A stretch of 64,000 bases of DNA from Turneriella sp. (GTDB lineage: Bacteria; Spirochaetota; Leptospiria; Turneriellales; Turneriellaceae), in NCBI GenBank assembly GCA_965279515.1, contig CBDIID010000003.1, positions 3,296,001-3,360,000 of the forward strand. Direction: 5' to 3'. The notes under the pieces are model-generated. The model saw only the letters and a program-made list of their open reading frames with translations, was not told where the DNA came from and ran no database searches. Shown piece by piece: positions 38,293 through 47,585 of this stretch. Both the position numbers and the translations under genes were made by a program. Within the stretch, counting starts at the first letter, position 1. Every line of letters starts with the position of its first letter.

Positions 38293-39482
38293 TAAAGCTC
38301 TATATTCTGCACCGCGGCCGATTTCTCGAGTGTCTTGAGGAAATCCTGCATGCCGACAAGGTCGGTCGTGGTGAAAAACACCTGCCCGACATTACCGCCG
38401 CCTAAGAAGTCGATAAAACTTGCGCGGCGGTTGAGGTCGAGTTCATTTAGAATATCATCGATGAGCAGTACGGGTGTTGTGCCGAGCTTCATACGCATAT
38501 AGCTGAACTGTGCCATTTTGAGCGCGAGTGCTGCCGTGCGTTTCTGTCCCTGCGAGCCGACACTGCGGATTTCGCGTTCGACGTCGCCCCCTTGGGTGAA
38601 AAAAATCCTGTCGCGGTGGATGCCGCTGGTAGTCTGTCTCAGGCGCAGGTCGTTTGCACGGCGGTCTTTCAGCATCGCCATGTAATCTTCAACAGTTCGT
38701 ACTTGTCCGGTATCTCCGCTGCTCGCCTCGACGCCATCCGTGGCGGCTCGCAGCCGAGTACTTCCTGTACTACCGCGATATTCAATCTGCCAGGCATCTT
38801 TACCCGACGAGATTTTAGCGACATTCTCGGCAAAGGGGGATGTAAACTCGGGAATAAACTGGCGTCGCTTTTCGAGTATTTCTACACCTGCGGTGGCGAG
38901 CTCGCGGTCGACGGCGGTGAGTACCCCTTCATCGGGGCGCGATTTCAGCGTCTGGCTTCTGAGTTTCAGCGCGCGGTGGTAATGCTGCAGCGCCGCAAAA
39001 TAGGCGGGGTAGAGCATCGAGAGTAAGAGGTCGAGAAAACGCCGGCGCTCTGAATGGTCGCCGGCGATGATGCGCATGTCGTCGGGCGATAGCACGACGC
39101 TGGGAATACGGCCGATGATGTTCGCCGCCTTCTCGTTCGGGCGGCCGTCGAAGGTGTATTTTTTCACCATCGCCGCTTTTGCATCGCCGGGGTTCTGGCC
39201 GTAGGCAATCGCGATTTTATGTTCTTCACCTGTTGAAACGAATGTTGCCTCTACCCGGTAAAAACTCGCGCCGAATTTGATCATTTCGCGGTCGAGCGCA
39301 AAGCGGAACGATTTGAGAAAAGAAACCAGGCCGATTGCTTCGAGAATCGTCGTTTTACCAGCACCGTTATTGCCGGTGATGAAGATCAGGCCGTCACTGA
39401 AAGTGTAGTCTGCTTTTTCGGCGTTGCGGAAATTTTTCAGCGAGAGACTGCGTATCTTGACTGGTTGCGAAATGGAATTCAT
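38292..39482 (-). CDS. recF: DNA replication and repair protein RecF
   Basis: NFRN, GNNGAGKT, RRRFLD, GIHRD, SQGQKR, LLIDDILNELD. Confidence 0.96.
   Translation of the reverse strand: MNSISQPVKIRSLSLKNFRNAEKADYTFSDGLIFITGNNGAGKTTILEAIGLVSFLKSFRFALDREMIKFGASFYRVEATFVSTGEEHKIAIAYGQNPGDAKAAMVKKYTFDGRPNEKAANIIGRIPSVVLSPDDMRIIAGDHSERRRFLDLLLSMLYPAYFAALQHYHRALKLRSQTLKSRPDEGVLTAVDRELATAGVEILEKRRQFIPEFTSPFAENVAKISSGKDAWQIEYRGSTGSTRLRAATDGVEASSGDTGQVRTVEDYMAMLKDRRANDLRLRQTTSGIHRDRIFFTQGGDVEREIRSVGSQGQKRTAALALKMAQFSYMRMKLGTTPVLLIDDILNELDLNRRASFIDFLGGGNVGQVFFTTTDLVGMQDFLKTLEKSAAVQNIEL
38732..38771 (-). repeat. Family-3 GGA-loop hairpin cluster inside recF
   Basis: Minus strand AGTAC-AGGAA-GTACT, CGGCT-GCG-AGCCG, CGCCA-CGGA-TGGCG. 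Confidence 0.7.
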
Positions 39483-39490
39483 CTAAATGT

Positions 39491-39528
39491 CCCCACCCCC
39501 GGCCCCTCCCCGCATGCGGGGAGGGGGG
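39491..39528. repeat. Family-1 palindromic unit between dnaN and recF
   Basis: CCCCACCCCCGG-CCCCTCCCCGC-AT-GCGGGGAGGGG. Confidence 0.88.
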
Positions 39529-39563
39529 CCTGGCAGGCAGGTGGGGATTGAGTTCGAGTCACA

Positions 39564-40706
39564 TTAAATTTTCATCGGCATTACAAGAGCGATAAAATCC
39601 GGATCGTCCACATCTTGCACCACAAGCGGCTTGTTCGCGTCATTCATACCGAGGCGCACGCGCGGGCAGCTTAGGGCTTTGAGGATGTCGATAAGGTAAG
39701 TGATGTTAAAACCGATTTCGAGACGTTCGCCCGAGTAGTCGGCTTCGAGCGCCACTTCGGCACGGCTGCCCTGGCCCGATGACTGGCCGGTGATGTGCAT
39801 CTTCTTGTTTTCAAGAGCCATACGGCATTGGTGTGAAGGCGGCTCGGTGACGGGGCGAATCTGCTGCAGCGCTTCGATGAGTTTGTCGCGGCTCATCTCG
39901 AGTTGTACGGGAGTTTCTGAAGGCAGTACGCGTTTGTAGTCGGGAAACTTGCCTTCGAGCAGGCGGCTCGACAGCTGTGCATCGCCGACGCGCACAAAGA
40001 GGTCGCGTTGTTCGACTCCGATGAGAACTTCGTCAGCGACATCGATGAGTTTCTGCATCTCGCGGATAGCCTTCGCGTGCACCACGACATCCCCGCCCTG
40101 GGGCAGGTTGACAGGAGAAGAAAGTTTGCGTGTGATCGCTGCGAGGCGGCGGCCGTCGGTGCCGACCAGCGTCAGTTGGTCACCCGAACCCTGGAAGCAG
40201 AGGCCGTTATAGATATAGCGGTTATCTTCTTGCGAGATTGCATACTGCGTCTTGCGGATCATCTCTTCGAGAATTGCGGATGAGATCGAAAAGAGTTTAT
40301 TGTCGCTGAGACGGTTGAGCGTCGGAAAGTGTTTCGCCGAGTTACCGGGCATGACGTATGCAGCCGAGGCTTCGCTGGTACCCCTGAGATTGACGCGGAA
40401 AGCCGCGGCGCCTTCGTCGGGGGTTTCTTCAGTCTCGACTTCAACGATGAGATCTTTGGAAACCAGAGAGCCGACATATTCCTGAAACTGTTTCGCGGGA
40501 ATGATGAATTCCCCCGGCTTGGCGCTCTCGACGGGGACCGTGATACGCGCGGTTGTCTCCATATCTGAGGCGGTGATCGAAACCTGTTTTGCCTCGACGG
40601 CGATCAGCAGGTTCGAGAGCATCGTACCCATGTCGCGGTGGGGAATGATTGCGTCGATGCGGCGCACGGCTTTATCGATCGCATCTTTGTTTGTTTGGAA
40701 TTTCAT
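39564..40706 (-). CDS. dnaN: DNA polymerase III beta clamp
   Basis: TASDME, R..YNG, GTDGRRLA, SRLLEGKFPDYKRV, IGFN..YL.D, VMPM; start ATG 40706. Confidence 0.96.
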   Translation of the reverse strand: MKFQTNKDAIDKAVRRIDAIIPHRDMGTMLSNLLIAVEAKQVSITASDMETTARITVPVESAKPGEFIIPAKQFQEYVGSLVSKDLIVEVETEETPDEGAAAFRVNLRGTSEASAAYVMPGNSAKHFPTLNRLSDNKLFSISSAILEEMIRKTQYAISQEDNRYIYNGLCFQGSGDQLTLVGTDGRRLAAITRKLSSPVNLPQGGDVVVHAKAIREMQKLIDVADEVLIGVEQRDLFVRVGDAQLSSRLLEGKFPDYKRVLPSETPVQLEMSRDKLIEALQQIRPVTEPPSHQCRMALENKKMHITGQSSGQGSRAEVALEADYSGERLEIGFNITYLIDILKALSCPRVRLGMNDANKPLVVQDVDDPDFIALVMPMKI

Positions 40707-40912
40707 GTGACCCTTTGGAGACGCACAACGATAAAGCCTTGATAAGACATAAAGCAAAATACCTATGGGGTCGCCTAAAAAATGCGTCTTGAAATAATAT
40801 ATTATTCGGGGAAAACCGGAAGCAGGCCTCCTGGCCGCTTTAGCAGCGATTTGCCGCGGCAAATCGCGAGGCTTCCGGTTTTCCTGCGCATTTTTTGGCG
40901 ACCTCAATTTAT

Positions 40913-41713
40913 ATGAGAACGGCGATGACGCTCGAGTATGACGGCGCCGGTTATTTCGGTTTCCAGCGGCAAAACGGGCAAAATTCCGTGCAGGCCGAAC
41001 TCGAACGTGTGCTCACCATCGTGCTGCGCCAGAAGACCAGGGTCTATTGTGCGGGTCGTACCGATACCGGTGTCAACGCCCTGGGGCAGGTCGTGCATTT
41101 TGCCGCCGAGTCACAGCCCGATGTGGGCCGGCTGGTCTATGCGCTCAACAGCATGCTCCCCAAAGACATTGCGGTCCGCCATGCCGCCCGGGTCCCCGAC
41201 GACTTCCACGCACGTTTTTCATGCCTCGGCCGCGAGTATGTCTATCTCATCTACAACCACCCGTACCGCCCCGGCACACAGGGGTTTAAGGCTTTGTGGG
41301 TGCGCGATAAGCTCGAGTGGGATCGCGTACGGGACGCAATTCCGCATTTGCTGGGGGAGAAAAATTTCGCCGCTTTTACCAAAGTCAGGCTGGTGAAAAG
41401 CGGTGAGATTACGATCCGCCGCATCGATGCCATCGACGTGGTTCAGGATGAACTCTTTACCTATATCTATTTCCGCGGTTCGGGATTTTTGCACAACATG
41501 ATACGCATTCTGGTGGGCACACTGATCGATGTTGCGCGCGGCAATATCGACCCCCTCATGGTCGCGGAGATTATCGCGTCGACCGACCGCCTCGCTGCGG
41601 GGGTGACGATGAAGCCGCATGGCCTGTACTTCTTACACGCGAACTATAAGCATTATGAACAAGGTGAAGCGCAACATGGTTTGCGCAAGATGTTACTCGC
41701 TAAAATTCAATAG
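40913..41713 (+). CDS. truA: tRNA pseudouridine(38-40) synthase
   Basis: YDG..YFGFQRQ, AGRTDTGV, FHARF, GFLHNMIRILVG, GLYF. Confidence 0.96.
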   Translation: MRTAMTLEYDGAGYFGFQRQNGQNSVQAELERVLTIVLRQKTRVYCAGRTDTGVNALGQVVHFAAESQPDVGRLVYALNSMLPKDIAVRHAARVPDDFHARFSCLGREYVYLIYNHPYRPGTQGFKALWVRDKLEWDRVRDAIPHLLGEKNFAAFTKVRLVKSGEITIRRIDAIDVVQDELFTYIYFRGSGFLHNMIRILVGTLIDVARGNIDPLMVAEIIASTDRLAAGVTMKPHGLYFLHANYKHYEQGEAQHGLRKMLLAKIQ

Positions 41714-41818
41714 TGACCTTCGCATTACCTGCGGACGGGAGGCCGGCGCAATGCTAAAGCTGATGGCGAAAAACGAAAGCGGCAAAGACACTGCCGGCAG
41801 GAAGAAATTTAAGTAAAA

Positions 41819-41847
41819 CCGTGTAATCCGGTTTTCGGACTACACGG
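41819..41847. terminator. Hairpin between convergent genes
   Basis: CCGTGTAATCCG-GTTTT-CGGACTACACGG. Confidence 0.55.
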
Positions 41848-41867
41848 CTTCGTTTGAGGTCAGGAAA

Positions 41868-42344
41868 TTATTCTTTACCTTTAAATTCAGCGGACATGTC
41901 GATTTTCCATTCGCCGCCTTCGTTAACGAGTTTCATTTTTGTGTGCTGGGCATCGTCGAGCTCGAGGTCGATTGTGTTACCTTCTTGCTTTTCTGATTTG
42001 ATTTTATCAGCGTTGTATTTTTCTTCTTTGCCTTCGCTGGCTTGTTGTTTCAGGCCAAACTCCATCAGTTTAGCGGGTGAACAGTTGGCTATCACGTCTT
42101 CAGGCATTTTGGATGCCTGCGCAACGGCAGCGACCTGGTCTTTGGGAATCGCTTTCAGCGGTTCGCAGGTTTTTTCCATGCCTGCCAGCGTGTTTTTAGA
42201 AAGTAATGCCGTAAATGCTGCATAATCCTTCTTGTTCATTGCGTCGGCCGCTTTTTTAACCAGCGCTTTACCTGGTGTTTGTTTGCAAGCAACTGCAGCG
42301 AGCGCGACGCAGGCTACAATACTAATCTTCATCATTTTTTTCAT
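41868..42344 (-). CDS. Hypothetical lipoprotein (NTF2-like/DUF4878-like)
   Basis: MKKMMK..AAVAC lipobox; C-terminal LVNEGGEWKID; SD AGGAG. Confidence 0.75.
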   Translation of the reverse strand: MKKMMKISIVACVALAAVACKQTPGKALVKKAADAMNKKDYAAFTALLSKNTLAGMEKTCEPLKAIPKDQVAAVAQASKMPEDVIANCSPAKLMEFGLKQQASEGKEEKYNADKIKSEKQEGNTIDLELDDAQHTKMKLVNEGGEWKIDMSAEFKGKE

Positions 42345-42482
42345 GAATTCTCCTGGGAAATTTTTGGCAGATTCTGCCATGTCATAACACCTGCGTCGGT
42401 CATCGCTCCGTAAAGCTGGTTTTAGGTTGTGTGCTCGCAGAAATGGGGCGACTAGGCGAATTATCCCATTGTGTATGGGGCT

Positions 42483-43583
42483 TCAAATAAAAAGTGGCAG
42501 CCACTCTGCCTTGAACGCTGCAAATCTTTTCTCTGTGATGGCCATCCGCATGCTTTTCATGAAGTGAAACATAAAATGCAGGTTGTGGTAGGTGCTGAGC
42601 ATCAGGCCCAGAATTTCGCCCTGCTTATGCAGGTGGCGGATGTATCCCACGGAATAGGTTTTGCAAACCCTGCAGGAACAATGGGCGTCGATGGGTTCGT
42701 GCGAACGCGCGTGTTTTTCATTGCGCAGATTCACCTTGCCGGTTGAAGTGAAAACCTGGCCGTTGCGCGCGTTGCGCGTCGGCAGCACGCAGTCGAACAT
42801 GTCGACGCCGAGCTCGACGCCGTTCAAAAGTTCTGGAATCGAACCCACACCCATCACATAGCGCGGTTTGAGCGTAGGCAGATGTTCGATGGCCGCGCCC
42901 AGCGCGGGCACAAAATGTTCGAGCGGTTCGCCGACGGAAAGACCGCCGACGGCGTAGCCCGGTAAATCGAGGTCGGCGACCGCCTTGGCGCTGTCGGCGC
43001 GCAGTACAGGGTTAATCCCCCCCTGGGAAATGCCGAACACAACCTGGTGCTTAGGCTCACGCAGCCAGTGCTCTTTGCATTCGGCGAGCCAGCGGTGTGT
43101 GCGCACGAGGCTTTCTTTGAGGCGTTTATCGTCGGCGGGGAAGGGGGCGCAGTCATCGATCGGCATGATGATATCGGCGCCGATTTCTCGTTCAATGCGT
43201 ATGGTATTTTCAGGGGTGAAGTGGTGCTCGCTGCCGTCGAGGTGCGAGCGGAATTTCACACCGGCGTCGCTGAGTTTGACATTTTTACTCAGCGAAAAAG
43301 CCTGATAGCCGCCCGAGTCTGTGAGTACCGCGTGCGGCCACGCCATGAACTTATGGATGCCGCCAAAGCTGTCGATAAGGCCGCTGCCGGGCCTGAGGTA
43401 GAGGTGGTAGGTATTGCCGAGAATCAGTTGGTAGCCAATTTCGACGAGGTCTTCCTGAGATATGGCTTTGACTGTCGCTTGCGTGCCGACAGGCATAAAG
43501 ACGGGGGTTTCAACGCTGGCGTTACGGAAGGTCAGTGTTCCTGAGCGGGCATTGCCATCCGTGGTTTGGATTTTAAACTCCAT
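42483..43583 (-). CDS. tgt: Queuine tRNA-ribosyltransferase
   Basis: TPVFMPVGT, NTYHL, TDSGGYQ, GGLSVGE, DCVLPTR, CSCRVC; start ATG 43583. Confidence 0.97.
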   Translation of the reverse strand: MEFKIQTTDGNARSGTLTFRNASVETPVFMPVGTQATVKAISQEDLVEIGYQLILGNTYHLYLRPGSGLIDSFGGIHKFMAWPHAVLTDSGGYQAFSLSKNVKLSDAGVKFRSHLDGSEHHFTPENTIRIEREIGADIIMPIDDCAPFPADDKRLKESLVRTHRWLAECKEHWLREPKHQVVFGISQGGINPVLRADSAKAVADLDLPGYAVGGLSVGEPLEHFVPALGAAIEHLPTLKPRYVMGVGSIPELLNGVELGVDMFDCVLPTRNARNGQVFTSTGKVNLRNEKHARSHEPIDAHCSCRVCKTYSVGYIRHLHKQGEILGLMLSTYHNLHFMFHFMKSMRMAITEKRFAAFKAEWLPLFI

Positions 43584-43706
43584 AACTCTGATCCGATTGT
43601 TTTGCTTTTGGAAACAGCGCGTAAACGTCTTAAGCGGCGCCTTGCCCAAAACATGGTTTACGCAGCGGACGCAGGGGAATGGGCTACGAACCATGGAGAA
43701 TAATTT

Positions 43707-44432
43707 ATGGTGAAATATCTTTCCCTGATTGTTATATTGCTGAGCCCCGTTCTGTCACAGCAACAGCAGAGGCAGGTGCTCGTCAAACCCGCGCTGGTTA
43801 TGCGTGATGCTCCCGATGTCAAAAGCAAGATGATAGGGAAGATTCCCTTCGGCCAACGGATTTCGCTTGAGGACGCGCGCGGCCCCGAGGTCTCGCTCAT
43901 GGGTATTTCAGGTTCGTGGGTAAAAGTCAACCATGGTGGGATGTCAGGCTGGGTGTTCGGCCCGTTTGTAGGTGAGGTTGATACGCAAAAATGGTACGAC
44001 ATCGTTGATGGCGTTGCCTATGAACGCAATCCTGAAGCCTGTCTGCAGATGCCGAAGAAACACTTTCCGCGTTTTTTCCTAGCGGGATGCCTGCAAAAAC
44101 CATGTAATCAAACCTGCGGCAACCTAACTCTTGAAGCAAACGGCACAGCGTATTATGTCAGCAGTTGCGACGGTACTGCGCAGGAAGACCGGGGTAAATG
44201 GCAGCGCAAAGGCCGATCTATAGTCATTAGCTATACCCAGAAAGATATGTCTCCCGAAGATGCCTGCAGTTACCGTGGCGTCACGCGGGAATGTATGGCC
44301 CCCATTGAAAAGGCAAATCAGGCAAAGTGCGGCAATAAAAACGGTTGCTCCGTTAAAGTTGTGCAGGAGCTGCATATGACTGCGGATAACCAGTTTACCC
44401 TCGCGGGAGAAAAGATTTGCGTCTATCCCTGA
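43707..44432 (+). CDS. Secreted SH3b-domain protein with Cys-rich C-terminus
   Basis: Signal peptide; LVMRDAP, WVKV..GWVFG; ten Cys downstream. Confidence 0.78.
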   Translation: MVKYLSLIVILLSPVLSQQQQRQVLVKPALVMRDAPDVKSKMIGKIPFGQRISLEDARGPEVSLMGISGSWVKVNHGGMSGWVFGPFVGEVDTQKWYDIVDGVAYERNPEACLQMPKKHFPRFFLAGCLQKPCNQTCGNLTLEANGTAYYVSSCDGTAQEDRGKWQRKGRSIVISYTQKDMSPEDACSYRGVTRECMAPIEKANQAKCGNKNGCSVKVVQELHMTADNQFTLAGEKICVYP

Positions 44433-44474
44433 AACAGTTTACGCAACACGTAAAGTTTCCGGAGCATGCCCTCT

Positions 44475-44861
44475 ATGAAAAAATTTCAACTCATTTTGAT
44501 CTCTTTGCTCGCGGTATCTGCGGCAGCTGCCGAGAAAACCGCCTCGGGCATTACCATCACGACAATCAAAGCGGGCACTGGTCGCCAGCCCACCGCTGAC
44601 AATGTCGTTAAAGTGCACTATCGTGGCACGCTGACCAATGGCCAGGAATTCGATAGCTCGTATAAGCGTGGTCAGCCGGCCTCATTTCCACTGCGCCAGG
44701 TGATCCCTTGCTGGACAGAAGGCGTTCAGAAAATCAAAGTCGGCGGCAAAGCGAAACTGGTTTGCCCTGCGAACCTGGCGTATGGTTCACAGGGACGCCC
44801 TGGTATTCCAGCCAACTCGACACTCATTTTCGAAGTTGAGCTGCTCGATATCGTCCGCTAA
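44475..44861 (+). CDS. FKBP-type peptidyl-prolyl isomerase
   Basis: VHYRGTL..G.EFDSS, VIPCWTEG, LAYG, IPANSTLIFEVELL. Confidence 0.95.
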   Translation: MKKFQLILISLLAVSAAAAEKTASGITITTIKAGTGRQPTADNVVKVHYRGTLTNGQEFDSSYKRGQPASFPLRQVIPCWTEGVQKIKVGGKAKLVCPANLAYGSQGRPGIPANSTLIFEVELLDIVR

Positions 44862-45877
44862 GTAGCGACGTCGACAACAACCTTGCCGAAATGCTTACCG
44901 TCGGCAAGGTATTGAATCGCTTTTTGCAGATCGGCAAAAGCGAAGGTTTGATCGATCGCGGGTTTGAGTTTGTTCTCGCCGATTGCGCGGCACATGGCCT
45001 CGAACCCCTCGCGGCCACCGACCAAGACACCCTGCATCCGCACATTTTGCATCAGAATCGGTAGCAGGTTGAGTTCTTTAGAGGAACCCGCGAGAATGCC
45101 GATGAGGCTGATGACGCCGTCCATGCGTACCGCGCGTATCGACTGCTCGAGCGTGCCAGCGCCGCCGACTTCGATAATGTGATCGGCGCCCTGCATTTTG
45201 GTAATCCGGCGCACCTCTTTGGCCCACTCGGTTTTTTCCCTGTAGTTGATCAGATAGTCGGCGCCCAAAGCTTCGGCCTGTTTCAGTTTGTCGTTCGAGC
45301 CCGAGGTGACGATCACCTTGCAGCCCATGAGTTTTGCGAACTGCAGCGCAAAGATCGAAACTCCCCCCGTGCCCAAAACAACGACATAGTCGCCGGGCTG
45401 CACATGGTTCAGCGTCACCAGCGCCGACCAGGCGGTGAGTGCCGCGCAGGGCAGTGTCGCCGCTTCGGCGTATGACAAATGTTCAGGGATCTCCACCGCT
45501 GCCCATTCTGGTACGTGCATGACTTCACGCGCCGTGCCGTCGAGCGGGCCGCCGAGGGTGGTCTTGCGCATATCGTCGCTGAGCGGCCGGCGGCCGATCC
45601 AGTTCTGTGAGAAGGCGGGCATGACGCGGTCGCCGGTTTTGAAGCGTGTCACAGCCTTGCCGACGGCGGTAACCTCGCCTGCACCGTCAGAGAGCGGCAC
45701 CATCGGCAGTTTGAGTTTCGGGTTATATTTACCCGTAACCATGAGATAGTCGCGGAAGTTGAGTGAAGCCGCCTTGACGGCGATGCCGATTTCGTGATCC
45801 GCGAGATCTGGCACCGGCGTTTCGCGCAGCCGGATGTTTTCTATGCCAAAAGAGTTTTCGAGAACGTGGGCCTTCAT
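44858..45877 (-). CDS. NAD(P)-dependent MDR-family alcohol dehydrogenase-like oxidoreductase
   Basis: SLNFRD, PLSDGAGEV, LPCAALTAW, GTGGVS, HFGKVV; start ATG 45877. Confidence 0.92.
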   Translation of the reverse strand: MKAHVLENSFGIENIRLRETPVPDLADHEIGIAVKAASLNFRDYLMVTGKYNPKLKLPMVPLSDGAGEVTAVGKAVTRFKTGDRVMPAFSQNWIGRRPLSDDMRKTTLGGPLDGTAREVMHVPEWAAVEIPEHLSYAEAATLPCAALTAWSALVTLNHVQPGDYVVVLGTGGVSIFALQFAKLMGCKVIVTSGSNDKLKQAEALGADYLINYREKTEWAKEVRRITKMQGADHIIEVGGAGTLEQSIRAVRMDGVISLIGILAGSSKELNLLPILMQNVRMQGVLVGGREGFEAMCRAIGENKLKPAIDQTFAFADLQKAIQYLADGKHFGKVVVDVAT

Positions 45878-45921
45878 ATCGGCGGAAGACACGTGAATTC
45901 CGACCCGGTGTCGATAAAAAT

Positions 45922-45972
45922 GCCCCCTCCGCCTACGGCTCCTCCCCGCATGCGGGGGAGGTTGGGAGGGGG
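45922..45972. repeat. Family-1 palindromic unit (intergenic)
   Basis: CCTCCCCGC-AT-GCGGGGGAGG followed by TTGGGAGGGGG; same GCATGC core as 39491-39528. Confidence 0.82.
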
Positions 45973-45982
45973 ACAACGCGGT

Positions 45983-47428
45983 TTATTCTTTGTGCACGAC
46001 TTTGATGGCGTAGGGGATAGATTTTTTCTCCCGCGCATTCACATCAGGAAAAAACCGGATCGTCGCCGCATCGACCTTCTCGAATTTAAAGGGGAGATTA
46101 GCAGGTTCGAAATTGCCCGGAAAGGTGCGTTCGATTTCGATACTCACCGGGCGCGATAGCGTATTTTCGATTTCGCTCTCATAGAAGTAGGTGTCGACCC
46201 ACTCTTTGACGAAGTGTGTCTTGTTGTACCGCGTATCGGTGACAAAATCAGTACGTTTGAAATCCCGCACGAAGGTGCGCAGAACTACCTCGCGCGTGGG
46301 CCCCGAATCGAGTTTGACCTTGTCGCCAGTTGCGGCATATTTCATGTAGATGCCAGAAGACATGGATGTCTGTGGTCCGCGCGGCACAGGACGTGCCTCT
46401 GTGCGCGAACCGCCTTGATAGGACAGATTGTTCTGCCCGTCTTCGGCAAAGATATGTACCTTGCCATCGGGCAGCGGTGAGACACCGAGGCTGGTTTTCG
46501 GATCCTGTCCCGCTTCCTTGACGTTGCGGAATTCGTAGAACTTATGAACTGCACCACCATTTTTTCGGTCTGTAGCACGGTAGATGACCTTCACGGGAAC
46601 ATCCCTGGCGCTAAAGGCGCGCAGGCGCTTTTGCCAGCCGTTGGGTATGCTTTCCCTGCCTTCGACAGTAAAAAGAAAATATTCAGAAAGACCCTCTTTA
46701 ATGATGTCCTTGGGTTTATCAAAATAACCCCTGCCGGTGCTTGCGGTCGTGACTTCGGGCGCGGGCGCGGGTTTGGCCGGAGCCCGCTCTTTTTCGGCGA
46801 GGCGTATCTTGCCGTAAAATTGATTGCGCACTTCGGCGCGCAGATTGTCGTTCAGGTCTCCGTACCGCCACGAACCGCGCGCGAGTTCTGCAATTTTTTC
46901 GACAAGATTGACCGTGCCGACGACGAGCCGCACTTCGGCGTTCAGGTAATCTTCCCCTGAATTATTGACGACGCGAACAAAGCCATCGACGCTCATCGAT
47001 TTTTCCGCACCCGTGGTGATCGCGGTGTAGTCGGCGTTCCAGGTGATGCCTGATGTGAAGTAGTTGATCTCGACGCGCGCCGGGCCTGAAAGTTCGCTTT
47101 CGATATGCCATTGCAGTGCGTCGGTGCGCCCGGGCGGAAATGCGGTATTGCTGAGCCTGAGTTTGCTCTTCTCGTTCAGAAAAGTAATGCGCAATGAGGT
47201 CGGGTCAATGAGCGTTCCGGCCCAGGAAAACTGTAAAGTGTTCATCCCCCTTTTGAAGGTCAGCTCGCGCGATTCGCGCACCATCGTGATGTCGGCGCTG
47301 TTGTAGATTGTCAGCTGCACCGACTGGCTTTTGGGCACGGTGACGAGTTCGATATGGGCGCCGACGTGGCCGAAAGCCATCATAACAGCCACGCAGATCG
47401 TAATGCGGATAGAATTGAACAATGGCAT
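45983..47428 (-). CDS. DUF4139 domain secreted protein
   Basis: LTIYN..VRE.R, IDPTSL, Y.TSGITWNADY, NNSGEDY..AEVRLV.G, PLPDGKV; start uncertain (47428 or 47464). Confidence 0.8.
   Translation of the reverse strand: MPLFNSIRITICVAVMMAFGHVGAHIELVTVPKSQSVQLTIYNSADITMVRESRELTFKRGMNTLQFSWAGTLIDPTSLRITFLNEKSKLRLSNTAFPPGRTDALQWHIESELSGPARVEINYFTSGITWNADYTAITTGAEKSMSVDGFVRVVNNSGEDYLNAEVRLVVGTVNLVEKIAELARGSWRYGDLNDNLRAEVRNQFYGKIRLAEKERAPAKPAPAPEVTTASTGRGYFDKPKDIIKEGLSEYFLFTVEGRESIPNGWQKRLRAFSARDVPVKVIYRATDRKNGGAVHKFYEFRNVKEAGQDPKTSLGVSPLPDGKVHIFAEDGQNNLSYQGGSRTEARPVPRGPQTSMSSGIYMKYAATGDKVKLDSGPTREVVLRTFVRDFKRTDFVTDTRYNKTHFVKEWVDTYFYESEIENTLSRPVSIEIERTFPGNFEPANLPFKFEKVDAATIRFFPDVNAREKKSIPYAIKVVHKE
46358..46397 (+). 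repeat. Family-3 GGA-loop hairpins inside the DUF4139 gene (antisense to it)
   Basis: AGACA-TGGA-TGTCT (46358-46371) and GGCAC-AGGAC-GTGCC (46383-46397). Confidence 0.68.
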
Positions 47429-47520
47429 TGAGTTATTGGACGCGGTCGGATAGTATAAGTTCATTTATCATGACGCTTGCGCGACTCCTGGACATTCCGG
47501 CTCGCATAAATCCTCGTTTA

Positions 47521-47576
47521 TTTTGGACTGATCGTTCTAAAATGATTAGTTTTGTTCTGGAACGATTATTCCAAAA
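47521..47576. promoter_or_regulatory. Two imperfect palindromes, probable operators of the downstream TetR
   Basis: TTTTGGACTGATCGTTCTAAAA and TTCTGGAACGATTATTCCAAAA upstream of the SDR-tetR pair. Confidence 0.6.
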
Positions 47577-47585
47577 AGAGGTAAA

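Noticed and set aside
40707..40912. Possible oriC upstream of dnaN
   Set aside because: No TTATNCACA boxes seen; it looks like a divergent promoter region.
42381..42482. Possible riboswitch or ncRNA between tgt and the lipoprotein gene
   Set aside because: No preQ1 or other recognisable consensus by eye; an Rfam scan would be needed.
45878..45976. N-terminal extension MSPSQPPPHAGRS of the MDR oxidoreductase
   Set aside because: Read-through of an intergenic repeat; family similarity starts at MKAHVL (45877), so I did not count it as an in-frame insertion.
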